DNA of 63,327 bases, filler included, from Octopus bimaculoides (GCF_001194135.2; 3 parts of 2 records of this genome joined end to end with filler, not necessarily neighbours in it), one strand, 5' to 3'; positions 12,900-24,725 are shown, counted from the first letter of the whole stretch. Program-made: numbers and translations. The notes: generated by a model not told the origin, from the sequence alone.

Positions 12900-13930
12900 T
12901 TTTGTTACAAAGCCACCACTTTTGGTGGAGAGGCTAAGTTAGCGACTTGTTATATTGTATGTATTGTTCCTATTTTGTTAGAACGTGTGTTTGTAGTTTG
13001 AGGGATATTTTCTGTTACATTTAAACGACTACCTAGTGACTGTCCATTTGACTTTTACAAACAAAAAGACAAGTACTTTCTAATTTATATTTATGTTACA
13101 ACAGCTTAAAAAATGAAGCACGCACTATTTGTTATTTGCAGATATAAGCGTAAAATGCAAAAGAATTATGATAAGCAAGTAAATGTTTCGTAGCTTACCG
13201 GGATCTTATAATACTTCTCTGTCTTTCTCTTTCAGTTTCAGCCTTTGTCGTTTTCTTTCTGCGAAAGAAGGTCGCTGTAACAAGATATAAGTCGACAAGT
13301 ATATATACAAATATATGACGTAAGTAAATGCAACCAATAAGAAACAAGCTTCAAAAAAAATTTTTCTAAGAAAAGACATTAATACAGAGAAAATATTACT
13401 ATTCACAATTTTTTTGCCCATTTACGGACCTTCCATTTGACACCAGGTTCGATAGGAAGTCTACTGTTGAATTACAAGTCGATGGCAACTCTGATTAAAT
13501 TAAGCTACATTTAGATGAAGAGGGAACCACCAACCAAGTTTAGACACTTTTCTTAATCTATGAAAGTGTTTTATGATCGAAGTATGACTTCAATTGAACT
13601 GTTTCACTAATTCTCGTGACGTATACTTTTGATTTTCTTCAACTGCGGTTTTCAGAAGCTCAATATCGATAGAAAAAATTCCCCAGCAAAACTGGTCAAA
13701 TAATCGTTCGCATGGCTGGATACTTAAAACCTCATTCCGTGAGTAAATGAATATTTTGAAGCACTCATTTTGAATCCATACCGCATGAAGTGTCTAATAC
13801 CGGTATGAGCTGAATTCCTTTCTATATGGTTAAAGCCAATATGAATTTAAGCACTATGGTATAGAGTAATTTACAAAGAAATGAAGAAAAAAAAGGAAAT
13901 ACATGGAAATGTAAAAATAAAAATTATCAG
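12900..13930 (+). repeat. Duplicated block, paralog of 16780-17790
   Basis: Colinear shared segments such as cctattttgttagaacgtg and ccaagtttagacacttttctta. Confidence 0.85.
13470..13680 (-). mobile_element. Mariner transposase fragment (second HTH to WVPHEL region), degenerate
   Basis: Translates DIELLKTAVEENQKYTSRELVKQFN*SHTSIIKHFHRLRKVSKLGWWFPLHL. Confidence 0.8.
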
Positions 13931-13947
13931 AGATGTATTGCAACTCA

Positions 13948-14203
13948 ATTTAAATGAACAATGCAATCATTACATCAATTTAAAATGCAGAGCAATCCTC
14001 AGCTGCACAAAGACATAGAATTTAATTAAATTAGAACAGATGGACACATTAGTATAATTAGACCGAAAATCTCCAAGACGTTAAGGAGATAAACAAAGAA
14101 CATGTGTCCATCTGTCCTAATTTAATTAAATTCTATGTCTTTGTGCAGCTGAGGATTGCTCTGCATTTTAAATTGATGTAATGATTGCATTGTTCAATTA
14201 AAT
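13948..14203. repeat. Near-perfect inverted repeat, about 102-bp arms with a 52-bp spacer
   Basis: 13948-14049 vs reverse complement of 14102-14203: two mismatches; right arm runs into an N gap. Confidence 0.9.
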
Positions 14204-15149
14204 NNNNNNNNNNNNNNNNNNNNNNNNNNNNNNNNNNNNNNNNNNNNNNNNNNNNNNNNNNNNNNNNNNNNNNNNNNNNNNNNNNNNNNNNNNNNNNNNN
14301 NNNNNNNNNNNNNNNNNNNNNNNNNNNNNNNNNNNNNNNNNNNNNNNNNNNNNNNNNNNNNNNNNNNNNNNNNNNNNNNNNNNNNNNNNNNNNNNNNNNN
14401 NNNNNNNNNNNNNNNNNNNNNNNNNNNNNNNNNNNNNNNNNNNNNNNNNNNNNNNNNNNNNNNNNNNNNNNNNNNNNNNNNNNNNNNNNNNNNNNNNNNN
14501 NNNNNNNNNNNNNNNNNNNNNNNNNNNNNNNNNNNNNNNNNNNNNNNNNNNNNNNNNNNNNNNNNNNNNNNNNNNNNNNNNNNNNNNNNNNNNNNNNNNN
14601 NNNNNNNNNNNNNNNNNNNNNNNNNNNNNNNNNNNNNNNNNNNNNNNNNNNNNNNGAAAGAGGGAGGGAGAGAGGCAAAGAGGAATGGGAAGAGAGAAGG
14701 TTGGCGAAAGAAAGGAGGGAAAGAAGGAGAGATGGAAAAAGGGATAGGAAGGTATCTTCAAACCGGACACTTGGTCCGAATGCTTGCAACATGCAGTTTT
14801 GATAAAGAGCGAGCTGAATAATACAATCCAGGTTATAACTAAAACAAAAGAATGTTTCAGCTGCGTATAGACATTGATGATTAGTCGGCGCAAGAAATGA
14901 TGAGTCGAGACTCAATAACAGCAACAACAACGGCAATGAAAGCATTAACTTATTTCTTTTCTGCATTAGGCCCCTGACGAAAATGTCGAATTTATATCTC
15001 TTTACAGAACACACTAGTTTATTTATTATTACTAGTTTGGTGGTCAGAACACTGTGCTGCGACCCGTCTTTGCTCTTAACAGTAAATGAAAATGAAATTA
15101 ATTGCAAAATATTAATTATAAACTGCGCAGTATTTTTATGGAATTGCAC

Positions 15150-15420
15150 TTGTGCGCATGCGTTAGGTGATAGGTGATATAAAAATTTAGTTCAATTATA
15201 AAAAATACGCTTTTCGCCATCCACTCACCATCTCCACCACCACCACCACCACCACCACCACCACCACCAACTTTTCTGCCTTTCCCTTCAACTAATCAAA
15301 TGAAAGCGTTACAACTACGTTTCCTCTGCCTCACGTCATGGACGCTTCTCTCTCCCTCGTTTTTCTCTCTCTCTTGTTCTTTCTCCCTCTAATCACGTGA
15401 GGGCGTTACCGACGTCATAA
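15150..15420. promoter_or_regulatory. Promoter-like cluster
   Basis: tgcgcatgcg (NRF1-like, 15153), tcacgtca (15331), E-box tcacgtga (15393), gacgtca (15411); CpG-rich relative to flanks; + strand donor gtaagc at 15665. Confidence 0.45.
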
Positions 15421-16779
15421 GTAACGTAATAATAAGCAGAATTATTATAAGATGGTTAATTTTTCTGTGAATTTTAAAGAAAGAAAAGCAGAGAAAGTTT
15501 ATTGACCTCATTAATCAAATAATGTTATCGCTGTAATGAAGGAAAATAAAATAAAACGCATTAATTAAATGAGTAATTCTGGTAAAAAAGAATAAAATTA
15601 AATGTGGAACGCAGTCAGATCCGGTTTTACGTATGGCTCAGGGTCTCCAAAACTTTGAGGAGAAGTAAGCGTTGAGTCCCTTATAATTCTGAAAAGCCTA
15701 AAGCTTGGCATTAAAAATTAAAAAATATATTTCTACAGCAATCAAGTTATTTGTAATGTTTTTTAATTGTCTATTTTCTTTTAATCCAATAGAATTCTTT
15801 TAAAATTATTGAACCCTTTCGATTATTTGGCCCTATTAGTTTACTAAGAAACATTAAATACGAGTTCTTCTGAAGCTTCCGAGACTTCATTAAATTTGGG
15901 TGCATCTACAAACTGTTTGAGGTCTCTAGATTAAATGAAGCCTATCTTATCTTGTTTTGAATAAGCAAAATCGTAGGATCCCCCGAAACCTGTTGACTGA
16001 AGTGGTTCATTAGGTCTAAATCCGGCCCTAATCGTAGGTCTTGTGGAGTGAATCTGACTTTCGGCAAATATAATGATACACATTTCAACAGTATATATAC
16101 TTGTTCTGGGAGCAATTAAAGACGTATTTATGTTATACACAAGTAAACTTCAAGTTACCAATAGGTCAGTAAAATTTAAAGTGAGCACTGAAGATATTTG
16201 GAATATACTTTCAGCGCCATCTTTTTGTTGGAGCACACGTATATAAACTCTTACGGGAAGTGTTAAACACTTGAATTAACTAATATTATCACTGAAATTA
16301 TTGGATAAAAACATCTTAAAGAAGTGTTTAAAAATCTAAAGAACTGTAAGCAAGGTAAAATAACAGGAATAAATTCTGCTGAATAACGTCATTACGATGT
16401 TAACTTCCTTGTTGTTTTTCAGATCTCCTTCGTAGATTTTTAGGACATCAGGATGTGGTTTGAGGGAGAATAGCCTACTATTTCTAGCTTGTCAAGCAAC
16501 TCATGCATGTTAGTCAAAACTCTGATAAAAAAAAGTTCATTTAATTACGTTTGGATGTGGTTTACAAAAAAAAAGAAGACTGTTACTTCATCTTTGTTAT
16601 TTTGTCAGTGTCTTTTCTATTTGTATAGGACGTTAGGGAATAATTTCAGTGAGATTTCTCTGTTGCTTCCTGCAGGTAAAACGACTCATAGTTAAAACTT
16701 TAGAGGAAGGTTCTCTTAAATACGTTAGGGTGTGTATGATTTGAGGGAGATTTGTCTGCTATTTCGAGCAGGTGAGGAG

Positions 16780-17013
16780 ATAGTGTAACGACTTGCTATA
16801 TTGTATGCATTTTTCCTATTTTGTTAGAACGTGAATTTGTTCTTTGAAGGGTATTTTATGCTATTTTTAACGACTACCTCACGATACGATTGTCTATTTA
16901 ACACTTATAAACAAAACAAAAGTTTTTATTTTACTTGATATTTATGTTACGACAATGTTTTAAAAAAATGAAGTAAGCACCATTTGTCATTTGCATATAT
17001 AAGGGTAAAATAC

Positions 17014-17086
<73 letters not shown>

Positions 17087-17790
17087 GCATCTAAAGGTGT
17101 TGTAACTTACCTCGATGTTATAATACTTCACGCTCTCTCTGTCTGTCTGTCTCTGTGCGTGTGTCTCTCTATTTCTAGGAAAGAAAGTCACCTTAGAGAG
17201 ATCTAGTCATACACTAGAATCAGCCAATAAGAATGATTCTACTAAAAAGACGTATGAATTCACCTTTTCTGGCCTTTCATTTGTCACTAAGTTCGATTGC
17301 AATTCTACTGTTGCATGACGAGTCGACGGCAGCTCATTAACTAAGCAAAGAAACAATCAGATGAAGAGGAACCCCCACTGACCAAGTTTAGACACTTTTC
17401 TTAGTTCATGAAGGCTTTTTATGATCGGATTGAGAATTGAATTGATCTGTTTCGCTAATTCTCGTGAAGTTTGCTTTTGATTTTATTCAACTACGGTTTT
17501 CAGAGGCTCAGTATCGACAGAACTTTGTCGTCCAGATAGAGAGAAAAATTTACCGAGCGAAACTGGCCAAATAATTGTTCACATGGCCGGACATTCATAA
17601 ATAAAATGAATATTTTGAAGCGCCCATTTTGAATTCATACTGCATACAGTATCTAACATGGTCTTGATCTAAACTTTATTTAAAAGGTTAAAACTTATAC
17701 GAATTTAAACATTATGGTATTGAGTAATTTTCAAAGAAAGGAGAAAAAAGAACATTAAATGGTAAAAAATAATATTTATTGTAATAGATG
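16780..17790 (+). repeat. Duplicated block, paralog of 12900-13930, with an (AAT)n expansion
   Basis: Colinear similarity; (AAT)n at about 17007-17086. Confidence 0.85.
17330..17545 (-). mobile_element. Mariner transposase fragment, duplicate of 13470-13680
   Basis: LSGRQSSVDTEPLKTVVE*NQKQTSRELAKQIN...LHELRKVSKLGQW. Confidence 0.8.
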
Positions 17791-18121
17791 TATTGAAAAA
17801 GGATCGAAGTAAACATATCAAAAATGCGATAAGACTTTCTTTCAGACACCTGTGATGATAATCGAATAAAATTCGAAAAACGATTACGGTTGTTCATATT
17901 TTTCTATCTATAAAGAAACAGATTGACAACCAGCGTTTGTTTGATTACGTTCCCTTTTAACTTTGCGGCTCGGTAAAAGAAACCCTCTGGAATAAATACC
18001 AGATTTGAAAAAAAAAAAAAAGAAAAGTACTGGGGACGATTAAATCGTGTAAACCATTCAAGGCGGTACTCCAATATGAGCATAGTCTAGTGACTGAAAC
18101 AAACAAACAAAAGACATACGA

Positions 18122-18360
18122 CATACAAATATAGATCATAATGATTTGTAGAGTTAATAGCATGTTAACTATTTGTGTAGTTAACAGGCTGTACAAATAT
18201 AGATCATAATGATTTGTATAGTTAATAGCATGTTAACTATTTGTATAGTTAACAGGCTGTACAAATATAGATCATAATGATTTGTATAGTTAATAGCATG
18301 TTAACTATTTGTATAGTTAACAAGCTGTATAAATAGTTAACTATTTGTATAGTTAATAGC
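18122..18360. repeat. 68-bp minisatellite, three copies plus a partial
   Basis: tacaaatatagatcataatg at 18124, 18192 and 18260. Confidence 0.92.
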
Positions 18361-18939
18361 CTGTTTTCTTGTTAGATTGTTAGACATAAAGTAACGTAAG
18401 TAGTAAGTGAATGGTTTTGTGAAAGATACAGACCAAGATGAGTGTGGCTGAATGCATTAGCTGATTGCTTATTGTGATCATTCGTCTTTTGGCTTCCTGT
18501 AACTTTACTTTCTTTTACAAACCCAGTGAATATACATATATTTCCTATTTCAAAGAAATTCGAACAATACATATAAGACCCAAGTTAAAAAGATTCTCAA
18601 CAATTCAACTTCTCTGGTTGACATTAAGGCACCCACCCTCAATAGGAGCCTTAACTCCTACATTTTAGAGCTCCATTACCTCCATTTTTCAGGAGCAAAA
18701 TCCTTTTAACAGGTTCCATAAGACTGGAATTTTGGAATCTGTGCATAAAAATCAATAGTATGGGATACATATGTCCATGATTAGAATTTTTTTAGGGTGT
18801 GTAAAGAGGGGAAAAACCCTCATCTGCAATTTTGATGAAATTCGGATCATAGGTATTCCAGTTCATTAGAGAAAATTTAACAGAAAAGTCTAATTCTTCA
18901 GTTGCATGTAACACGGGCAACGCCGGGCATCTCTGCCAG

Positions 18940-20500
18940 TGAATAATATAATTTATACATACAGAAGTAGGTGTGTACACATGTGTATGATTTGTACATT
19001 TAGAGAAAACTTAGTCGCGATTTATAAATTTCACAGAGCTCTGAATAATGTGCTCAACACATTTCCATTGTACCACTCTGCTCAAAGTGTGTGTCACCAA
19101 ATAAATAACGTGTTATTTCTTTTCTTGCCTGTTCTCAAATTATTTCTATCTCAGAATATATGTTATTTATGTATTGCATATTTATATATTTATATTCATT
19201 CCACAAAAAGCGTGTTACTGAGTGTGTATGTTGTCATTCTTCCACAGCTTGAAAAACGATGCTGGTTTGCTTTCGTCCCCCCGTAGTATGGTGGATCGGC
19301 AAAATCAATCGACAGACCAAAAACTAAGTACTGGAGTCAATTCGTTCGAATAAAACCTTTCAAGGCGGTACTCCAGCATGGCCGCAGTCCAATAACTGAA
19401 TCATATAAAAGATACAAGCCATACACATATAGTTCATGATTCAGCTATTCGTACAGTTAACATCCTGTTGCCGTGACTCAGTACTCTAGCCGTATTATCA
19501 GACATTAAGCAATCCATCAAATGGGTAGCTTTGTGAAAGACAGAGATCAAGTTGAATGTGATGGCATACATTAGTACCGTCGTATTGGGAGAGGGTGGAG
19601 GCGCAATGGCCCAGTGGTTAGGGCAACGTACTCGCGGTCGTAGGATCGCGGTTTCGATTCCCAGACCGGGCGTTGTGAGTGTTTATTGAGCGAAAACACC
19701 TAAAGCACCACGAGGCTCCGGCAGGGGATGGTGGCGAACCCTGCTGTACTCTTTCACCACAACTTTCTCACACTCTTACTTCCTGTTTCTGTTGTGCCTG
19801 TAATTCAAAGGGTCAGCCTTGTCACACTGTGTCACGCTGAATATCCCCGAGAACTACGTTAAGGACACGTGTCTGTGGAGTGCTCAGCCACTTGCAAGTT
19901 AATTTCACGAGCAGGCTGTTCCGTTGATCGGATCAACTGGAACCCTCGTCGTCGTAAGCGACGGAGTGCCAACAATTAGGAGAGGAAGGAGTGATAAGGT
20001 TGTTGCACCTTTGTTTATTCATTATTATTTCACGTATCACGATAGACTGTGAGCATTCTCTATAATTTCTTATCCTTTATATTTCACTTGTTCCAGTCAA
20101 TGGACTGCAGCCATGCTGGGATATCTCTGTGAATGTTTTTATGCTTCAATATATCCCTCAACACTATGCTACCCGCTTTCTACAGAAATATATAAATATA
20201 CAATACATGAATAACATATAACCTGGAATAGAAATAATCTAATTTAGAAGAGGCAAGAAAAGAAACGACATTATATATTTGCTGACTCACTCGCTGAGCA
20301 GAATAGTGCAGCGGAAATGTATTGAACGCATAACTCAATGGTCTTTCAATTGAAACTATGCCCTGCGAACAAATAGAGGCAATCTGCGAAATTTATAAAT
20401 AGCAACTGATTTTGCTACAATTGTACACACCGTATACACGTGTACATACTCATTTCTATATGTATAAATTATATAATGCGATACAAGTTTATACTGCGCG
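18940..20500. repeat. Large diverged inverted repeat (arms about 18940-19410 and 20050-20500)
   Basis: Colinear reverse-complement match, including tttataaattt, cttttcttgcct, gtattg(c/t)atatttatatattt and a SINE A 3' end in each arm. Confidence 0.75.
19595..19975 (+). mobile_element. tRNA-derived SINE family B, full length
   Basis: A box tggcccagtgg, B box gtttcgattcc; TSD-like att(g/a)ggagagg; highly similar to 25695. Confidence 0.92.
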
Positions 20501-21089
20501 GCTTCTTGAGCAAGTGTTTTTTCTGCAAGAGCCCATAAAATACGCTTGTAGAAGACTGTCAAATAGATGCATGTGTGCGTGCGTATGTGTGTGTGTGAGT
20601 GAGTGTGTGTGCGTGCCTTTGTTTGTGTGTGTGTGTGTGTGTGTTTGTGTGTGTGTGTGCGTGCGTGTGTTTGTTTGTGTGTGTGTTTGTGTGTGTAAGC
20701 GTGTGTTTGTGTGTGTGTGTATGTGTGTGTGCGTGCGTGCGTATGTTTGTGTGTGTGTGTGTGTGTGTTTGTGTGTGTGAGTGTGTGTTTCTGCGTGTGT
20801 GTGTTTGTGTTTGTGTGTGTGTGTATGTGTGTGTTTGTGTGTATGTGTGTATGTGTTTTTGTGTTTGTACCTCCCGCCACTTGGCAACCGGTGATGACAT
20901 CTTTACGTTCACGTAACTTAGCGATTCTGTATAAAAAAGAAAAGAAAGAAAAACGCTAAATAAATAACAGACTTAAAAATAACAATAAAAAAAGTGCTCA
21001 ATTAATTTTCTCAGCCTCTTTTTCTTTAAAATGAACAGAAATATTAAGAATCATTAGTTTAATTGAGCAGGTCATAAAAGCTTAGATGT

Positions 21090-21260
21090 ATATCCTTCGT
21101 TTTCATGCTCTGAGATCAGATTGTGCTAAGGTCTACTTTGCCTTTCTTCCTTTCGGGGTTGATAAAATAAGTACCAGTTGAGCACTAGGGTTGATGTTAT
21201 CGACTTAGGCTTGCCCCGAAATTACTGGCCTTGTGCCAAAATTCGAAATCATTATTTACT
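21090..21260 (+). mobile_element. SINE family D, 5'-truncated
   Basis: ctttcggggttgataaaataagtaccagttgagcac...ggccttgtgcc. Confidence 0.8.
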
Positions 21261-22199
21261 TAATATCTATTAGTTCTTTTTATAAATATATTTATTAACT
21301 GTATATGTAACTTTGTTATTTACCTTCGTAGCTGTACATTATATATTGGGAGAAGTTATTTTATATTTAGTTGTAACTTAAACCTTAAAAAATAAAAATT
21401 GTGTCTTGATTTTTTTTTTTCATGTAAGTTTAAATAAGGTAGTCACTGCACAGTTGCGCCGAAATAGTAGATAAATCACCCTCGAATTATACTCTTAACA
21501 TCCTAACAAAAGCTGTTTGAACTTGAAATGCTAGAAATCGTAGTAATGTTCTCAAAAATATGAAGGAAGCCTACGACACAATATAGAAGTTGCCGTGGCC
21601 AGTTTCAAAAAGAATTGTCAGAAGTGAAAAAAATCAAATTGTGCCATTTCTCCTATTATCTTTATTCATATTGCTTCCTTATTAAAATTTATACAACTTC
21701 AAAACAACTTCATTTATAAAAAAATCAAGGTGGCTTACAAAGTAAACCTTCAAATTAAGATTATCCAGGCAACTTTAATTTGCATTCATATTACATAGGT
21801 TGTTTTCGAGATCTTTAAATTGTTTGTGTGGGAAAAGAAAACGTTTGAGAACGCTTGTTCTAAATCCATGAATAACCTTTAAAAATCCGCGGCTCTACTA
21901 CAACTTTTAAACTCAAGCAATCGAACTTCACATTAACATACATAAATCTGAAATTAAAATTAATCAATTTCAAATTAAAACAACTTAACTATGATTTAAA
22001 TTAAATGCTTTAATCAGATGAACTTTTATTTAAAACAAATTAACATCACTTTAAAATACATAAAAGTCAGTTGAAAACAGTGCAACTAAAAGAGGGAGTG
22101 CTATCGCTAAATATAAGTATAACCAATGAAGGTACTTCTATTGTTACGATCAGACAAATTATAATATAAGAAAAATGGGTAAACTTCTGATCGCAACAA

Positions 22200-22534
22200 C
22201 AAAGTGTTCAAACAGGGAAGTAAATGTTCATATATGGAGATTATGTTCAGTCTCAATTGTTTCAAGGTAGGTGGTGAACGGTCCGACCCGTATACAGCTC
22301 CGTCTCTCGCTCTGGTTCTATCCGCGCCAAGCTCCTGCTGTCTTCCGCACTCCCCTTTTTAACAGGAAGTATGAGATTACCTGCCTTGCTCGTTAACAGG
22401 AAGTGAACAAGGTTACCTGTCTCGTACTATGCTAACTTCCTGTATATATATTTGGTTATTCATACCGACGTCATTTCCCTTCTGCCAAACGGTGGTTGAC
22501 AAACGTTTATCTTGCCACCTTCGAAAAATATAGG
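22200..22534 (+). promoter_or_regulatory. Promoter and non-coding first exon candidate
   Basis: ETS sites acaggaagt at 22362 and 22396 and acttcctgt at 22435, gacgtca at 22467, CpG-rich, strong donor gg|gtaagt at 22535, second donor aag|gtaggt at 22267. Confidence 0.6.
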
Positions 22535-22734
22535 GTAAGTTCTCACCCTTCATTATATTATAGGTATACATAACACTATTGGGTTGTTAGAAACGCTAGA
22601 AATAGAAACTAGAACTTCAAATTTTATTCCCGCCAACTTAAATATAGATAAATGTACTGGACGACTTGATTAGTAATTTCTGTATTGAAGTTAAGACCTT
22701 TATAAATAAATTTTACTTTCAAAATTTTTAGTGG

Positions 22735-22845
22735 TAAGTAGCTTGCTTACTAACCGCATGGTTCCGGGTTCAGTCCCACTGCGTGGCACCTTGGGCAAGT
22801 GTCTTCTACTATAGCCTCAGGCCGACCAAATCCTTGTGAGTAGAT
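22735..22845 (+). mobile_element. SINE family A head
   Basis: ggtaagtagcttgcttac...gggttcagtccc. Confidence 0.85.
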
Positions 22846-23113
22846 GTGTATGTGTTTGAAACAGCTGTAAGATATTATTCCAATTTCTATTACTATATGT
22901 TATATTTTTATAATTACTGATATTTTATATTTTGCATTTTATATATCATATTTTATATTATATATTATATTATATCATATACGTAGGACATATGTCGTAT
23001 GTGTATGTATACTGTTATAATTGTCCTTTTAGTAAATAAATAAATAAATTGACATAATATAATGTCTATAAGTTGATGAATAGCACCTATTAATTCTCTC
23101 CATTTCCTTATTG

Positions 23114-23164
<51 letters not shown>

Positions 23165-23175
23165 TATAAATATAT

Positions 23176-23275
23176 NNNNNNNNNNNNNNNNNNNNNNNNN
23201 NNNNNNNNNNNNNNNNNNNTTAATTAATTAANNNNNNNNNNNNNNNNNNNNNNNNNNNNNNNNNNNNNNNNNNNN
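23176..23275. other. Artificial 100-bp gap spacer
   Basis: 44 N + ttaattaattaa (stops in all six frames) + 44 N; same structure at 53944-54043. Confidence 0.9.
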
Positions 23276-23327
23276 TATATATATAGATGTAGGTATGTAC
23301 GTATATGTAGGGACATATGCATATATT

Positions 23328-23358
<31 letters not shown>

Positions 23359-23429
23359 CGAAAGCGTATGGCAATCTATTCTATTATTCTACGTGTCTAG
23401 TGTTAATTATATATACATGTGTGTATGTG

Positions 23430-23680
23430 GGTGTGAGAAAAAGTTCAAAGGTCCCTCCTGGGTCATAAGGCCACTTTTCCAGATTTTGTGGCGTACACAC
23501 ACCCAACTCTCTGGATGGGATGCTGGTACCTCGCAGGATTACTCAATTTTGCAAGCTGAACGGAATGGAGCAACGAGTAATGAAGTTTATTGCTTAAGAA
23601 TACAATGCATCACATGATCCAGGAATTGAAGGCACATTTTTATGATCTTGAGTGCAACACCCTAACCATTGAGTCACGTA
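23430..23680 (-). mobile_element. SINE family C, degenerate
   Basis: Minus strand gtgactcaatggttagggtgttgcactcaagatc head; further copies at about 29740-29965, 32900-33090 and 58940-59100 (-). Confidence 0.7.
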
Positions 23681-23750
23681 TATACACCACACACACACTC
23701 GCGCGCGTGCACGAACACATATGCCTACAGATATGCATCATATTTTTATG

Positions 23751-23793
<43 letters not shown>

Positions 23794-23937
23794 NNNNNNN
23801 NNNNNNNNNNNNNNNNNNNNNNNNNNNNNNNNNNNNNNNNNNNNNNNNNNNNNNNNNNNNNNNNNNNNNNNNNNNNNNNNNNNNNNNNNNNNNNNNNNNN
23901 NNNNNNNNNNNNNNNNNNNNNNNNNNNNNNNNNNNNN

Positions 23938-23983
<46 letters not shown>

Positions 23984-24725
23984 GTGTGTGTGTGTGTGTG
24001 TGTGTGCGTGCGTGCATATGTGTAAAAGCATGTTGGACTCACACATGTGTTTTTTGTGTATATAAGTATTCATTATATATAAATTCCCTCCCACACGTGT
24101 ATGTATGTGTGTCTGTGTGTGTATTCTTTCATTCATTTACTAGTTTCAGTCTTTGGCCTTTGACCATGCTAGAGCACAACTCTTCCTTTTTACTTGACGT
24201 CAGCTCTAGTACATTGTCTGTCTGGCAATCATTTTATTGATCTCTATTTATTGAATGTCTAAGTCTTCTTGAATGTAGTTCATAATGAATAAATATAGGA
24301 AATATTTAATTTAGTTCTTCTGTGGAATGGCTGCAAAAATTACACTGGACACAGACCTTAATACAATAAATTTTCTTAGCGTTGTTTAAGATTTAGAGTT
24401 TTGCAGAATAATTCCTTATGGAAGGTTACACAAGGAATTATTTTACATTGATAACAACTCTGAGAATTTGCTTTAGATTTCTGTCAAATATAGATGAAGC
24501 CATATTTAACACTGTCTCATCTTACTACAATGAATCTACTCCAAGTAGTGAGTTTATTTAAGATGAAAACCAAAAAATAGCAATAGGACTTAAAACGTAA
24601 AAATGTTGTGATTTAATCCAACCTTTAGCCTTAATGGAAAGACTAACTTACCAAGAAATCTCCTCAATTTAATCTCATGCCACTTCTCGGGAAACATAAG
24701 CATCATAAGGTCTCTATGCGAAGTA

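Noticed and set aside
19595-19670. tRNA-like sequence (also 25695, 9560, 3011)
   Set aside because: A and B boxes are present but there is no complete cloverleaf, and each runs into a shared SINE body; these are SINE heads, not tRNA genes
23220-23231. Identical ttaattaattaa island inside two gaps
   Set aside because: Exact 44N+12+44N symmetry at both sites shows an assembly spacer, not biology
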